Of a stretch of 64,000 bases of DNA, positions 9,585 through 19,625 are shown one piece after another. The first letter of the stretch is position 1. Each line of letters opens with the position of its first letter. The stretch is from Acidobacteriota bacterium (lineage in GTDB: Bacteria; Acidobacteriota; Aminicenantia; Aminicenantales; Saccharicenantaceae): the NCBI GenBank assembly GCA_028749205.1, contig JAQULR010000002.1, forward strand, positions 59,644 to 123,643. The letters run 5' to 3'. Below the pieces are notes generated by a model. The model was not told the origin of the DNA. It did not search any database and saw nothing but the letters and a program-made list of their open reading frames with translations. The position numbers were made by a program, and so were the translations under genes.

Positions 9585-10517
9585 ATGCGTAAAAAGATAG
9601 CTCTGATCGGAGGCGGTCAGATCGGTCAAATTCTGGCCATGCTGGCCGCTCAGAAAGAACTTGGAGACATCGTCATTCTGGATGTCCCTGATTATGCTAA
9701 GGTATGCCAGGGTAAAGCTCTGGACCTGATGGAAATGGCTCCCCATGGAAATTATGATGCCAACATTACAGCCACCTCTGATTACCAGGATATTGCTGGG
9801 GCTGATGTAGTGATAGTTACTGCCGGAAAACCTCGAGAAGCCGGGATGACCAGAGAAGACTTGCTTAATGTCAACATTAAAATCATCTCTGAGGTAGCCA
9901 AAGGCGTAAAGCAATACGCCCCTAACGCCTTCTGTATCATTGTAACCAACCCGCTTGATGCTATGGTCTATGTCTTCCATAAAGTGACCGGATTCCCCAA
10001 GCATCAGGTTGTTGGCATGGCCGGCACCCTGGACACAGCCCGCTGGAGAGCTTTTATTGCCATGGAATTGGGGGTGTCAGTGGCCGATGTGGCTGGGACT
10101 GTTCTCGGAGGACATGGCCCGGACATGGTCCCTCTCCCTCGGCTGACCACAATTGGTGGAGTCCCCCTTTCGGAAATCGCTACTCCAGAACAGATTGAGA
10201 AACTGATAGCCAGAACCAGAGAAGCCGGAACGGAAATTGTCAAATTGTTTGGAAAAGGTTCTGCCTTTTTCAGCCCAGCCTGGAGCGCCATTGTGATTGC
10301 TGAATCCTACCTCAAGGATAAGCGTCGGGTCCTACCCTGCGCTGCCCTCTGTGAAGGAGAATATGGAATTAACGGCCTGTTCATCGGTGTGCCCTGCCTT
10401 ATCAGCGGGAAAGGTATGGAAAAGATTTTTGAAATTAAACTCACCGATGAAGAAAAAGCTCAGTTTGAAAAAACTATCAGTTCTGTGACTAAAACCGTTT
10501 CTGAGTGCCAGATCTAA
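9585..10517 (+). CDS. mdh: malate dehydrogenase (LDH-like MDH)
   Basis: MRKKIALIGGGQIGQ NAD-binding N-terminus, VTNPLD motif; GGAGGAG RBS 8 nt before the ATG at 9585 (the ORF-track TTG start at 9567 rejected). Confidence 0.9.
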   Translation: MRKKIALIGGGQIGQILAMLAAQKELGDIVILDVPDYAKVCQGKALDLMEMAPHGNYDANITATSDYQDIAGADVVIVTAGKPREAGMTREDLLNVNIKIISEVAKGVKQYAPNAFCIIVTNPLDAMVYVFHKVTGFPKHQVVGMAGTLDTARWRAFIAMELGVSVADVAGTVLGGHGPDMVPLPRLTTIGGVPLSEIATPEQIEKLIARTREAGTEIVKLFGKGSAFFSPAWSAIVIAESYLKDKRRVLPCAALCEGEYGINGLFIGVPCLISGKGMEKIFEIKLTDEEKAQFEKTISSVTKTVSECQI

Positions 10518-10558
10518 ACAAGCAAAAAAATAATTAAAATTCCAGCGGGTAGAGATAA

Positions 10559-10598
10559 AAGAAAACAGGGCCGTTTTAAGCGGCTCTGTTTTCTTTAA
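10559..10598 (+). terminator. rho-independent terminator after mdh
   Basis: AAGAAAACAG / CTGTTTTCTT 10-bp perfect stem around GGCCGTTTTAAGCGGCT loop, followed by a T run. Confidence 0.6.
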
Positions 10599-10774
10599 AC
10601 GTAAAAAGGCTTGAGGAACATCCTGGCAGGGATGAAGTTGAACTAAAAAAGTTCTTGAATGTGAATAAATCAAATATTAAAGCTGGCAATAAAGTTGGCA
10701 AGACTGTTTGATTGCAGAAAATCTTAAAACCGTTTCAACCCCGGGCCTAACCGGGCTTATTTAAGATAATAAAA

Positions 10775-11941
10775 ATGCTCATTCAAGAATATCAAGCCAA
10801 AAGGATTCTTAAAGCCTTGGGAATCCAGACCCCCGAAGGCTACTTAGCTGAATCGCCTGAGCAAATCATAAAAATATGTAAGGCCCTGGGTAGTCCAGCA
10901 GTTCTCAAAGCCCAGATTCTCTCAGGTGGCCGGGGCCAGGCCGGGGGCATACTTTTAGCCAGAGAACCAGAGGAGGCAGAATCATTAGCCAGAAATCTGT
11001 TCGGGAAAAGATTGATAACTTCCCAAACCGGAAACCGTGGATTAGTGGTTAGGAAGATTCTGGTAGAAAAGGCTCTTAACATAAAAAAAGAGTGCTATCT
11101 CGGGTTAGCTGTTGACCGGGAACATGAGACCCTTCTGGCTCTGGTCAGCCGTGAGGGTGGTATCCAAATTGAAGAATTATCCCGCCAGAAGCCTGAGCTT
11201 ATCAAAATAATATCTTTCAACCCTGATGAAGGAATGAGACCATTTCAGGCTCGGCAACTGGCTTATTTTTTGGAACTGGAAGAAGATCTGATTAAACAGT
11301 TAGTATCATTGTTGAGAAACCTTTCCGGATTTTTCATAGAAAAAGACCTTAAGCTTTTAGAGGTGAATCCTTTGGTATTGACTGAAAGCCGGCTCCTGGT
11401 AGCTGCTGATGTCAAAATGGAGTTCGATGATTGCAGTCTGGAGCGGCATCAAGATATCTCCGGGCTACTCGATTTCAGCGATGACTCAGAGGAGGAAATG
11501 GAAGCTAGAAATTTCAAGCTTAACTATTTGAGGATGGAAGGAAACATAGGGTGTCTGGTAAATGGAGCCGGGCTGGCCATGGCTACCATGGATATTATCA
11601 GCCATTTCGGTGGCCAGCCAGCTAATTTTTTGGATATCGGAGGTGGGGTAACTGAAGAAGCTGTCAACAAGGCTTTTGAAATTCTGATTTCGGACGATCG
11701 GGTAACTTCAGCTCTGGTAAATATATTTGGGGGAATTGTCCGCTGCGATTTAGTAGCCAGAGGTGTAGTAAATTGCGCCGAACGGCTTGGGCTTAAAAAG
11801 CCAGTGGTAGTCAGGATGGAAGGAACTAATGTGATTGAAGGCCAGAAGATTTTAAAGGAATCAGGCCTTCCTTTTCATCTGGCTGATGATTTTGAGCAAG
11901 CAGCCAGGCTGGTTGTTTCTTTGAGCGGAAGAGAAAAATGA
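10775..11941 (+). CDS. sucC: succinyl-CoA synthetase beta subunit
   Basis: MLIQEYQAKRIL ATP-grasp N-terminus; 388 aa; 4-nt overlap with sucD. Confidence 0.9.
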   Translation: MLIQEYQAKRILKALGIQTPEGYLAESPEQIIKICKALGSPAVLKAQILSGGRGQAGGILLAREPEEAESLARNLFGKRLITSQTGNRGLVVRKILVEKALNIKKECYLGLAVDREHETLLALVSREGGIQIEELSRQKPELIKIISFNPDEGMRPFQARQLAYFLELEEDLIKQLVSLLRNLSGFFIEKDLKLLEVNPLVLTESRLLVAADVKMEFDDCSLERHQDISGLLDFSDDSEEEMEARNFKLNYLRMEGNIGCLVNGAGLAMATMDIISHFGGQPANFLDIGGGVTEEAVNKAFEILISDDRVTSALVNIFGGIVRCDLVARGVVNCAERLGLKKPVVVRMEGTNVIEGQKILKESGLPFHLADDFEQAARLVVSLSGREK

Positions 11942-12813
11942 GTATCTTGGTTAAAGCCAAGACTAGAATCCTGGTTCAAGGGATAACAGGAAAGGAAGCC
12001 ACTTTTCATACTCAGAGAATGCAAGAATATGGGACCAGAGTCGTGGCTGGGGTAACCCCAGGGAAAGGCGGCCAGAGTCATCTGGGTTTACCAGTCTTCA
12101 ACACTGTCGAGCAAGCCAGAAGCGCTGAGGCTCCTGAGGTTTCGGTAATTTTCGTCCCGCCCCGGGCTGGGGCCGATGCTATTATGGAGGCAGCCGACGC
12201 TGGTATCAAACTGATTGTCTGTATTACTGAAGGAATTCCAGTCATTGATATGCTCAGGGCAAAAGCCTTTCTAAAAAAGACCAATTCCAAACTTATCGGA
12301 CCAAATACCCCTGGGATAATTTCCCCAGGCAAAAGCAAGGTAGGAATAATGCCTGGACACATTCATATTCCAGGCCCTGTTGGCCTGATTTCCCGCTCTG
12401 GCACCCTGACTTATGAAGCTGTTCATCAACTGACCAAGCTGGGAGTCGGTCAATCAACTGCCGTAGGTATCGGGGGGGATTCCATCTGTGGCCTTAAATT
12501 CGCCGAATTACTGGAGATGTTTAGGGAAGACCTCCAGACGAAAGCCCTAATTTTGATTGGAGAAATAGGTGGAACTGCAGAAGAAGAAGCTGCTGGCTAC
12601 CTGAAACAAATCTCTTACCCTAAACCAATTCTGGCTTATGTGGCTGGGGTAACCGCTCCACCGGGCAAGCGGCTCGGACATGCCGGAGCCATAATCGAAG
12701 GAAGCCGGGGGACCGCTCAGGATAAAACAAATTGCCTCAAGGAGGCCGGGGTAAGAATCATCTCAAATCCGGCCCGAATCGGTCAGGAAACAAAAGCTAT
12801 TCTTATAAACTAA
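11938..12813 (+). CDS. sucD: succinyl-CoA synthetase alpha subunit
   Basis: ILVQGITGKEATFHT CoA-binding N-terminus, SRSGTLTYE motif; 291 aa. Confidence 0.9.
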   Translation: MSILVKAKTRILVQGITGKEATFHTQRMQEYGTRVVAGVTPGKGGQSHLGLPVFNTVEQARSAEAPEVSVIFVPPRAGADAIMEAADAGIKLIVCITEGIPVIDMLRAKAFLKKTNSKLIGPNTPGIISPGKSKVGIMPGHIHIPGPVGLISRSGTLTYEAVHQLTKLGVGQSTAVGIGGDSICGLKFAELLEMFREDLQTKALILIGEIGGTAEEEAAGYLKQISYPKPILAYVAGVTAPPGKRLGHAGAIIEGSRGTAQDKTNCLKEAGVRIISNPARIGQETKAILIN

Positions 12814-12958
12814 GCCTGACAGATTTGCTTTCTCCTGAAAGCTGAAGGCTACCAGTTAAGAAGAAAAATCTGGGAATCGCCCGGCTTGATTTATTTGTTC
12901 CCCTTGTTCGATATAAAATGGTAAAATAAAAAAAAGAAAAGGAGAAAAGGAGGGATAA

Positions 12959-13879
12959 ATGAAAAGAGGCAATAATATGACCAGGTTAAGGACCGTGGTA
13001 ATATGGCTAATCCCAATTTTTGGGATCTTAATTCTCTCAGGGTTGTGCCTAAGTACCAGTGCTTTTAATTGGCAGCAGCAGGCAACTCCCCCACCGATAA
13101 TCGTAGAAAATGTCAGAGACAACATCTATTTAGTCAAAGGAGGCTCCGGAGCTAACTGCTATTTCTTAGCTGGAGATAAAACCAATCTTCTTTTCGACGC
13201 CAAAATGAGCCCGGATTCCATGAAGGAAATGCTATCTGAAATCCAGAAAATTTCTCCCCGACCTCTTTCAATGGTTATCCTGACCCACAGCGACGGCGAT
13301 CACACTAATGGTCTGCCAGGTCTTCCAGAAGGTACAAAAATTATATCCCATAAGAAGGCCTTCGAAGAAATGCTCCCCGCAGTTGAAAAAAGCCCTGAGC
13401 TAAAAAAATTCTTGCCTTCAGAGACCTACGAGGACCGGAAAAAGCTCGATTTTGAAGGGACCAAGCTAGAACTCAGGAATTTTGGCCCAGCTCATACCAG
13501 TGGTGATACCATAGCCATTATCCCGACCAGCAAAGTGGCCATAGTCGGAGACCTGGTATTTATCGGCCGGGACCCATTGATCCACCAGCACAAAAATGGG
13601 TCCTTTTATGGACTTATAAAAACCCTGGAATCTCTTCTGGCTTATAAGCCTGAAATTGAATTATTTTTATCAGGCCATGCTGACCCCGTGGGGCGAGAAG
13701 AAGTAATTAGCCTCCTCAATACCCTTAAGCAGACCGAGGCTCGGGTAAGAGAAATGATCCAACAGAACAAGACCTTAGAGGAAATAAAGGCTGCTTTTGG
13801 CCTTCAGCTTACCTCACCCCCACCCCGCCGTCCCCCTTTAGTTGAAATCATCTATCAAGAAATAATGGCAAAAAAATAA
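12959..13879 (+). CDS. secreted/membrane-anchored MBL-fold metallo-hydrolase
   Basis: N-terminal hydrophobic anchor; THSDGDHTNG (HxHxDH) metal-binding motif; GGAGGG RBS. Confidence 0.7.
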   Translation: MKRGNNMTRLRTVVIWLIPIFGILILSGLCLSTSAFNWQQQATPPPIIVENVRDNIYLVKGGSGANCYFLAGDKTNLLFDAKMSPDSMKEMLSEIQKISPRPLSMVILTHSDGDHTNGLPGLPEGTKIISHKKAFEEMLPAVEKSPELKKFLPSETYEDRKKLDFEGTKLELRNFGPAHTSGDTIAIIPTSKVAIVGDLVFIGRDPLIHQHKNGSFYGLIKTLESLLAYKPEIELFLSGHADPVGREEVISLLNTLKQTEARVREMIQQNKTLEEIKAAFGLQLTSPPPRRPPLVEIIYQEIMAKK

Positions 13880-14089
13880 AGCCAGAGAGATAATCAAGAC
13901 TTTTTTGGCTGTTGCTTTTTTGGGCTCAGGCAGATGATTTTAAGACCAGATGGCTTTGCTCGTTTAGGGGTGGCTGAAAAAGAAAAAGAAAGAAGAGTCT
14001 GAAGCCTGCAAAGAGATTTTCCGCTAACTTATACATCGAATGGATTAAAATTAAATGATGTAGTAGCATTAAAAATAAAGGAGGATATC

Positions 14090-14758
14090 ATGAAAAAAGC
14101 TCTTCTAATCATATTGGCATTCTCCCTGGCTATTATGAGTATTAATTGTGCCAGTTGGAGCAAAACGGCCAAGGGAGCAACGGCTGGGGCTGCTGGCGGG
14201 GCCGTAGTTGGAGCCGTAGTGGGTAAGGTTGCCGGTGATACCTTAATTGGTGCCATTACCGGAGCAGCAATTGGCGGGGCCGCAGGTGCTTATATCGGCC
14301 GTCAGATGGACAAGCAGGCTGAAGAAATGAGACGAGACCTCGAAGGAGCCAAAATTGACAGAATTGGCGAGGGTATTAAAATTACTTTTGATTCGGGACT
14401 ACTATTTGACGTCGATAAATACGAACTTCGCCCTGAAAGTAAAGAAAACCTGATTAAGTTGGCGACCATCTTAAATAAGTACCCTGACACTAACATCATA
14501 ATTGAAGGCCATACTGATTCAACAGGTTCCCATGCCTATAACATGACTTTGTCAGAAAACAGGGCTAAAGCTGTGGCTGCCTATCTAGCCACGCAAAACG
14601 TCCAATCATCTAGATTTACTGTGGTGGGCTATGGGCCTGACCAGCCCATTGCTTCCAATGATACTCCTGAAGGCCGGCAATTAAACCGCCGCGTCGATAT
14701 TGGTATAATTGCCAACGAAAAACTTAAAAAAGCCGCTTTAGAGCAAACTGGGAAATAA
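14090..14758 (+). CDS. OmpA-family lipoprotein with glycine-zipper N-domain
   Basis: Lipobox MSINC; Gly/Ala zipper (GAAGGAVVGAVVG); C-terminal OmpA-like peptidoglycan-binding domain (TDSTGSHAYNMTLSENRA). Confidence 0.8.
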   Translation: MKKALLIILAFSLAIMSINCASWSKTAKGATAGAAGGAVVGAVVGKVAGDTLIGAITGAAIGGAAGAYIGRQMDKQAEEMRRDLEGAKIDRIGEGIKITFDSGLLFDVDKYELRPESKENLIKLATILNKYPDTNIIIEGHTDSTGSHAYNMTLSENRAKAVAAYLATQNVQSSRFTVVGYGPDQPIASNDTPEGRQLNRRVDIGIIANEKLKKAALEQTGK

Positions 14759-14801
14759 AATTTGATTAGTTCTTGATAAGAAAGCTTAAGGCTGTTAGTA
14801 G

Positions 14802-14869
14802 CCCGGATTAAGATGAAATAATCCAGGTCAGTTGGCATTATTATCTTGAAGATAGATTAAGTTAATAGG
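14802..14869 (+). repeat. intergenic repeat family copy between convergent gene ends
   Basis: CCCGGATTAAG-ATGA-AATAATCCAGG ... GATAGATTAAG; followed by an (AT)n-like tract at 14905-14932. Confidence 0.6.
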
Positions 14870-14939
14870 CAAGCCAAACTTAAAGCTGGCCAGCAATTCA
14901 AAGCTGTAATATATATTTATATATATATTTCCTCTGTTG

Positions 14940-16631
14940 TTATTTCCAGGGTTTGAAATCTATTAGATCTACAGAAATTGCTTTGTCAACCCGGTAGATA
15001 GAGAAATAATCTCCTACCTCTGGTATCAGTCTGAATTTAAAATAACGAATTAGTCCGTAATCTGATTGAGGTTCAAGCAAACAGGGAATCAAGTTAGCCG
15101 CCGGTTGGGAGCAGGAAATATAAAAATCTCCCCTTTTAATTGCTATTTTCAGAGTTTCAGGCTTAACCTCAAGCCGTTCAGGGGCCAAGTAATCAGCCTT
15201 AGCTGGGACTACCTCTATCGTTTTATAGGCAATAACTTCCTGAGCGGAATCCTTTTCCACCATCTTGACCTGAATTCCATGCTGTAAGAGAACCTCAATC
15301 AAGTCTAATCTGTCCCCAGGAATGATATAGCCTGCCGGTCGGCTGACAGTCAGTCTGGATTCAACCAGGGGAAACCAGTTTTTTACTACTCTGGTTACCA
15401 CTTTCAAATTAGAAGGACCACGATAGGGTTCTAAATCTTCAAAGGTTATATAATCTCCGGCCTTTTTATCAACTTTGAGGATACCTCTAATGGAAGATGA
15501 AGAAGACTCAAAAGCTTTTAGAACCAGTTCTGGCTCTCTGGGGTTTCGAGCATACTGCATTTTTAGATGGATCGAGTCATCGGCAGCTCTTTCCTCAGCC
15601 CGCTTGATGAGATTGGCCCTCTTTTCTCTGACCAGGCTGATAATCTTATCCCCATTGCTGGCCACAATTTCGGCCAGAGCTCTTAGGCCTTCATACTGCC
15701 AGTCAGTTCTGTCCTGAAGAGTTTGAAGGTCATGCCGTGAAGCTCCTTCTTGAATGAACGCCAGGGTTTCATAAATTCCTAAGCTATTCCGGCCATCATT
15801 TAAATCAGTAGTGCTATAGCGTAGCATCATTTCTCTAGTTGCTGTCTGGCCTTCAATTCTGGCTCCGGATGAAGTATCACTTCCCAGTAATTCACGGACT
15901 AAATATTCATGGAAAGCAATCTTCTTCTTTGTTAATTTCTCTTCTATTCCTCTAAGTATTGTCTGCCTTGAATAATCCTGAAGAGCCTGGTTGATGTTCA
16001 GGTTAGAGACGCAGCCTACTGAGACCCGATAATAATCGTCTCCTTTTTCATGGATATCCAGAGTGACTTCAGGTTGATATAAAGAGAAAACCTGGTGAAT
16101 AGCTTTGGTGCTTTCGCCCTCAAGTTTGACATGGTCACGGTTGAGGTCCAGACCGATTTCGTTTTGTCGGACATCATAATAATTTCCGTAAGGATTGGCT
16201 TGAGGAATAATTAGAACGTTGATTTTCTTGAGCAGGGGTTTCAATTCACCAACAGCCAGGTCTCTTAGCAACCTCAGAGCAGCTTCCTTAGCTGATTGTT
16301 CATTACCATGCTGGGAGGCGATGTATAAAACTGTAGCTTTTTTCCGGTTCAGAGCTTCTGGCTCAAGAACTCCCTCCTCTGTCAGAACACAGAGCAGAAG
16401 GTCTCTGGCGGGATAGTTATCAACCTCTTTGGTCCGGCCAATCAGCCTGACCTGTAAAACCTCAGATTTAGCATCTAATAAAGAAATAAACCTGACCACC
16501 TCTTCATACTGGCTGTATTTTACATACCGGCCTTCTTCTGCCGGAGTTTTAATTTGACTGGCGGCTGAAGCCTGCCAGAATCCCATAACCAAAATTATCA
16601 GAAAAATAACGGCTTTTTTCTTAAAAATCAT
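14940..16631 (-). CDS. secreted M14 family zinc carboxypeptidase
   Basis: Signal peptide; IASQHGNEQ (HxxE zinc motif of M14); 563 aa. Confidence 0.7.
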   Translation of the reverse strand: MIFKKKAVIFLIILVMGFWQASAASQIKTPAEEGRYVKYSQYEEVVRFISLLDAKSEVLQVRLIGRTKEVDNYPARDLLLCVLTEEGVLEPEALNRKKATVLYIASQHGNEQSAKEAALRLLRDLAVGELKPLLKKINVLIIPQANPYGNYYDVRQNEIGLDLNRDHVKLEGESTKAIHQVFSLYQPEVTLDIHEKGDDYYRVSVGCVSNLNINQALQDYSRQTILRGIEEKLTKKKIAFHEYLVRELLGSDTSSGARIEGQTATREMMLRYSTTDLNDGRNSLGIYETLAFIQEGASRHDLQTLQDRTDWQYEGLRALAEIVASNGDKIISLVREKRANLIKRAEERAADDSIHLKMQYARNPREPELVLKAFESSSSSIRGILKVDKKAGDYITFEDLEPYRGPSNLKVVTRVVKNWFPLVESRLTVSRPAGYIIPGDRLDLIEVLLQHGIQVKMVEKDSAQEVIAYKTIEVVPAKADYLAPERLEVKPETLKIAIKRGDFYISCSQPAANLIPCLLEPQSDYGLIRYFKFRLIPEVGDYFSIYRVDKAISVDLIDFKPWK

Positions 16632-16667
16632 GTCCTTCTTCCTTTCGTATAAAACTCTTTTGGCTTA

Positions 16668-16710
16668 CCTGGACAAGTCATAAATAATCCAGGTAAACTT
16701 GATTTATTTC
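16668..16710 (+). repeat. intergenic repeat family copy upstream of M14 peptidase gene
   Basis: CCTGGACAAGTCATAAATAATCCAGG + TAAACTTGATTTATTTC. Confidence 0.6.
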
Positions 16711-16775
16711 TTTTTACCAGATGAATATCACCATATATGTTCATATTTGTAGATAATCATAACTTATTATTAAAT

Positions 16776-18050
16776 TTAATTCTCTGACATCTTTTCCTTT
16801 TTGACAACCAATTCTGGTTCAAAAGCCAGATTAATAGTCACCACTTCTCCATTTCTCAAAACTTGAAATTCCACCTCATCTCCCCAGTTGAAACCAGCCA
16901 GAAATATCTTTAGCTCGTTAGGGTCATCAAAATGTTTGTCAGCTACCGAAAGAATAACATCGCCTTTCTTAAATCTCGCCTCTTTAGTTAATGGTTCTTT
17001 AGGATCAGCATTTACTACCAGGTTGCTCAAACCCTCTACCTTTTTCAGGCTAAGGCCAGGAGCTGGGTAATCTGGATAGTCTTTCTTTTTAACACCATAA
17101 ATATAATCAGCCAGCCCTCGGGAGACTTTTAATTTAGAATTTTCCGGAACAACCACTCCAATAACTGTGGCCGAGGGGAGCCGGCTAAGCCGGGAAGCTC
17201 TTAAATTTAATCCTAAATTGTATATCAAATGGCCCGAGCCAGCCAGAACTACCATTCGGCAACCCGTAGTTTCAGCCGCTCTTATCACATTCAGCCCCAT
17301 GGTTTCATCCCAGGCAACCTGAGCTCGATAAAGGCTTTCAAACATAGCTTCCAGGCTGTTTCCTTTCATCTGGGGTGGGATCTCTTCTGACTCAAAAACA
17401 GTTCTGATGAGCAGTCGGTGCTCCTCGTAGTTTAGATCCAGAGGCGGTATCAGCTTCTTTTCTTCTTCACTCATAGCCTGATAGCCCTGTTTCCTGATTT
17501 TAGTGATCAAATCCCTGGGCACATTCAAAGCGAAAACCGGAATTTTCTTTTCTTTAGCCAAATTAAAAATTTTTTGGTAGTAGCCGAAATTAAAATTCCA
17601 GGTAAGGTACCAGTTGATCTGGCGAAGAAACTCTTCTTGACTCAGCTTACCTGCAGCCCAGGAATCAAGGATGGGCTGTAAATCCACCGTAACCTGCTCC
17701 AGCCCTATACCCAGGTTGGGGTCTTGATTATAAAGAGATTTGATAATCCTGACCTGCCAGTCATGCATCTCTTGGTTATCATGAGTTTCGCCCGCATAAA
17801 CCAACCTGACTTTCTTCAGATCCTTAACCATCTGCTCAAACGTAACCACCTTTCCAGAGCGGGCCGAGTAAAGCTGGCCTGCAACCACTTCAAGATACTT
17901 CCCCCGAAGAGCCGGTGGACCGAGGGGAAGAGTCAAGGATTTATCTTGATCTTCAGCCATTAAAACAATAGAAAGGAATACAGTAAGAAAAATGATTCCC
18001 AGCAATTTTCTCTGAATTCGGTTGGTTATTTGCCTGGATTTCCTGGCCAT
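16776..18050 (-). CDS. ChaN/Tiki-family (haem-binding-uptake fold) lipoprotein with C-terminal PDZ domain
   Basis: VYAGETHDNQEMHDWQ matches the ChaN GExHD core; C-terminal GDVILSV...PDZ-like segment; start at Met with GGGAGAAAGAG RBS (ORF track extends to 18083). Confidence 0.6.
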   Translation of the reverse strand: MARKSRQITNRIQRKLLGIIFLTVFLSIVLMAEDQDKSLTLPLGPPALRGKYLEVVAGQLYSARSGKVVTFEQMVKDLKKVRLVYAGETHDNQEMHDWQVRIIKSLYNQDPNLGIGLEQVTVDLQPILDSWAAGKLSQEEFLRQINWYLTWNFNFGYYQKIFNLAKEKKIPVFALNVPRDLITKIRKQGYQAMSEEEKKLIPPLDLNYEEHRLLIRTVFESEEIPPQMKGNSLEAMFESLYRAQVAWDETMGLNVIRAAETTGCRMVVLAGSGHLIYNLGLNLRASRLSRLPSATVIGVVVPENSKLKVSRGLADYIYGVKKKDYPDYPAPGLSLKKVEGLSNLVVNADPKEPLTKEARFKKGDVILSVADKHFDDPNELKIFLAGFNWGDEVEFQVLRNGEVVTINLAFEPELVVKKEKMSEN

Positions 18051-18130
18051 CTCTTTCTCCCTGGAGTTGGTTTGAATAAACATAGTTAATTTAGCTGGTT
18101 CTTAAATTTTATCATTCAGAAATGGCAATC

Positions 18131-19381
18131 TTACTTTAAATCAGGAAATTCAGTCAAAAGACTCTCTAAAGCAAAATTAGCCAGGGATTCCTGAAATCCA
18201 GCTACCTTCTCCGGGCTCTCTCTCTTCCTTTCCCAGATTCTTAGCTGATTCTGTGCTTTTTCCAGAACCTGATTTTCCAGCCCTAATATTTTGTTCAGGA
18301 CACCGTTTCCACCATAAGTTCTAAGCCGGTTGACATTAAGGTATTGACTCATTCTACCGCCTTGATCAGGATAAAGAAAAGCTACCAGTTTACGGGAAAA
18401 GGCATTAAGAGGACTGGTCTTTTCGCCCGGAGCCGAAGCGGCCTCCGGAACCCTCTCTGAATAAGGCCAGACCGGTATGGCCACACTGCTTATCGGCTGG
18501 CCAAGTATTACCCACATGGTAGCCAGGTCAGGCCGGTCAGAAGATGGCGCCCCCTCAAAAACCACAACTGAGGCAGTGCTATTACGATTAATGGTATCAT
18601 TGGTGTTGACATAGAGCGGTCTGGCCGGGTCTTCCGGTAGCTTACAGGATAAGGGATAAGAATGAAGTTTTTCATGGACCAGATCCCTGGCAGCCTGTTG
18701 TAAAATAAACCTAGCATTAAGATCATTGTAAGCCCGGGCTGATTCCGCTAAATGGGACATTCTTTCAAACCGGATAAAGCCCCCACCTTCAAGATAGTCA
18801 GGCGAAGTATAGGAAAAATTTGTCCTGACAATATAACCGAAGGGAGCCACTTTCTTATCATTGGCATCAAAACGGGTGTAATAATCACAGGAAGTCTCAA
18901 AAAAAGAGGCCTCTCCATTAGCATCTATTATCCCGAAGTTAGCTGACAGATCCCATTTTCCTTTTTCTTTCTGGAGAAACTTTTCAAAATCATCAACTGT
19001 GGCGCACTCACCCAGAACCAGCTTCATGAAAACCCCATTATCAGAGCCGCCATCCTTTCTCTCCTTAGCTATCAGATCATCAGCCTGGGAATTCATTATC
19101 GCCAGACCACGGTCATTCAAGCCGGCCCAAATTTCCCGACCTGAAACATCAGCTGAATTAATTAAGCCGATAAAGTTATATTTAGGACCTCTAAAATACA
19201 TTAGTTTGTTCAAAAGGGCAGAAGTATCCCGGTTTTTCCACATCAGGGCCCGGCCATTGCTGGTAGCTTTACCCGAAGCCAAAATCAGGGTGCAAGCTGA
19301 AGCCTCATTCTGAAAGGCCTGGAGAAAAAGAAACAAGGCCATCAAAGTGAAGACTAGAAAATGATTCCTTTTTAGTTTCAT
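18131..19381 (-). CDS. secreted Ntn-hydrolase peptidase, C69 dipeptidase-like
   Basis: Signal peptide then ACTLILASGKATSNGRALMWKNRD, paralleling the C69 N-terminal nucleophile motif CT(T)ILVGK..S.DGS.MIARNED. Confidence 0.6.
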   Translation of the reverse strand: MKLKRNHFLVFTLMALFLFLQAFQNEASACTLILASGKATSNGRALMWKNRDTSALLNKLMYFRGPKYNFIGLINSADVSGREIWAGLNDRGLAIMNSQADDLIAKERKDGGSDNGVFMKLVLGECATVDDFEKFLQKEKGKWDLSANFGIIDANGEASFFETSCDYYTRFDANDKKVAPFGYIVRTNFSYTSPDYLEGGGFIRFERMSHLAESARAYNDLNARFILQQAARDLVHEKLHSYPLSCKLPEDPARPLYVNTNDTINRNSTASVVVFEGAPSSDRPDLATMWVILGQPISSVAIPVWPYSERVPEAASAPGEKTSPLNAFSRKLVAFLYPDQGGRMSQYLNVNRLRTYGGNGVLNKILGLENQVLEKAQNQLRIWERKRESPEKVAGFQESLANFALESLLTEFPDLK

Positions 19382-19432
19382 TTTTAAGTCCTTTTTTTGA
19401 ATTTAAAACTTCTCTTGATCATTGGCTATTAT

Positions 19433-19503
19433 CCTGGATTACGCAGAAATAATCCAGATCAATCTGCTTTATTCCCAACTTGATAGATTATTCTCGGGGA
19501 AAA
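19433..19503 (+). repeat. intergenic repeat family, full copy (~81% identical to the 7830 copy over 70 nt, no gaps)
   Basis: CCTGGATTACGCAGAAATAATCCAGA + CTGCTTTATTCC + TGATAGATTATTC + GGGGAAAA; 52 nt upstream of the C69 peptidase start. Confidence 0.7.
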
Positions 19504-19625
19504 TAAGCTGATTGAAAATCTCGAGACAGGTTCAGTTTTGTGAACGAACCGTATATTATAATCATCCCCCTAAGGAATAAAGATATTTTTAGCTGCTGAT
19601 ATGATTCTTGAAATAAGTACTAAGA

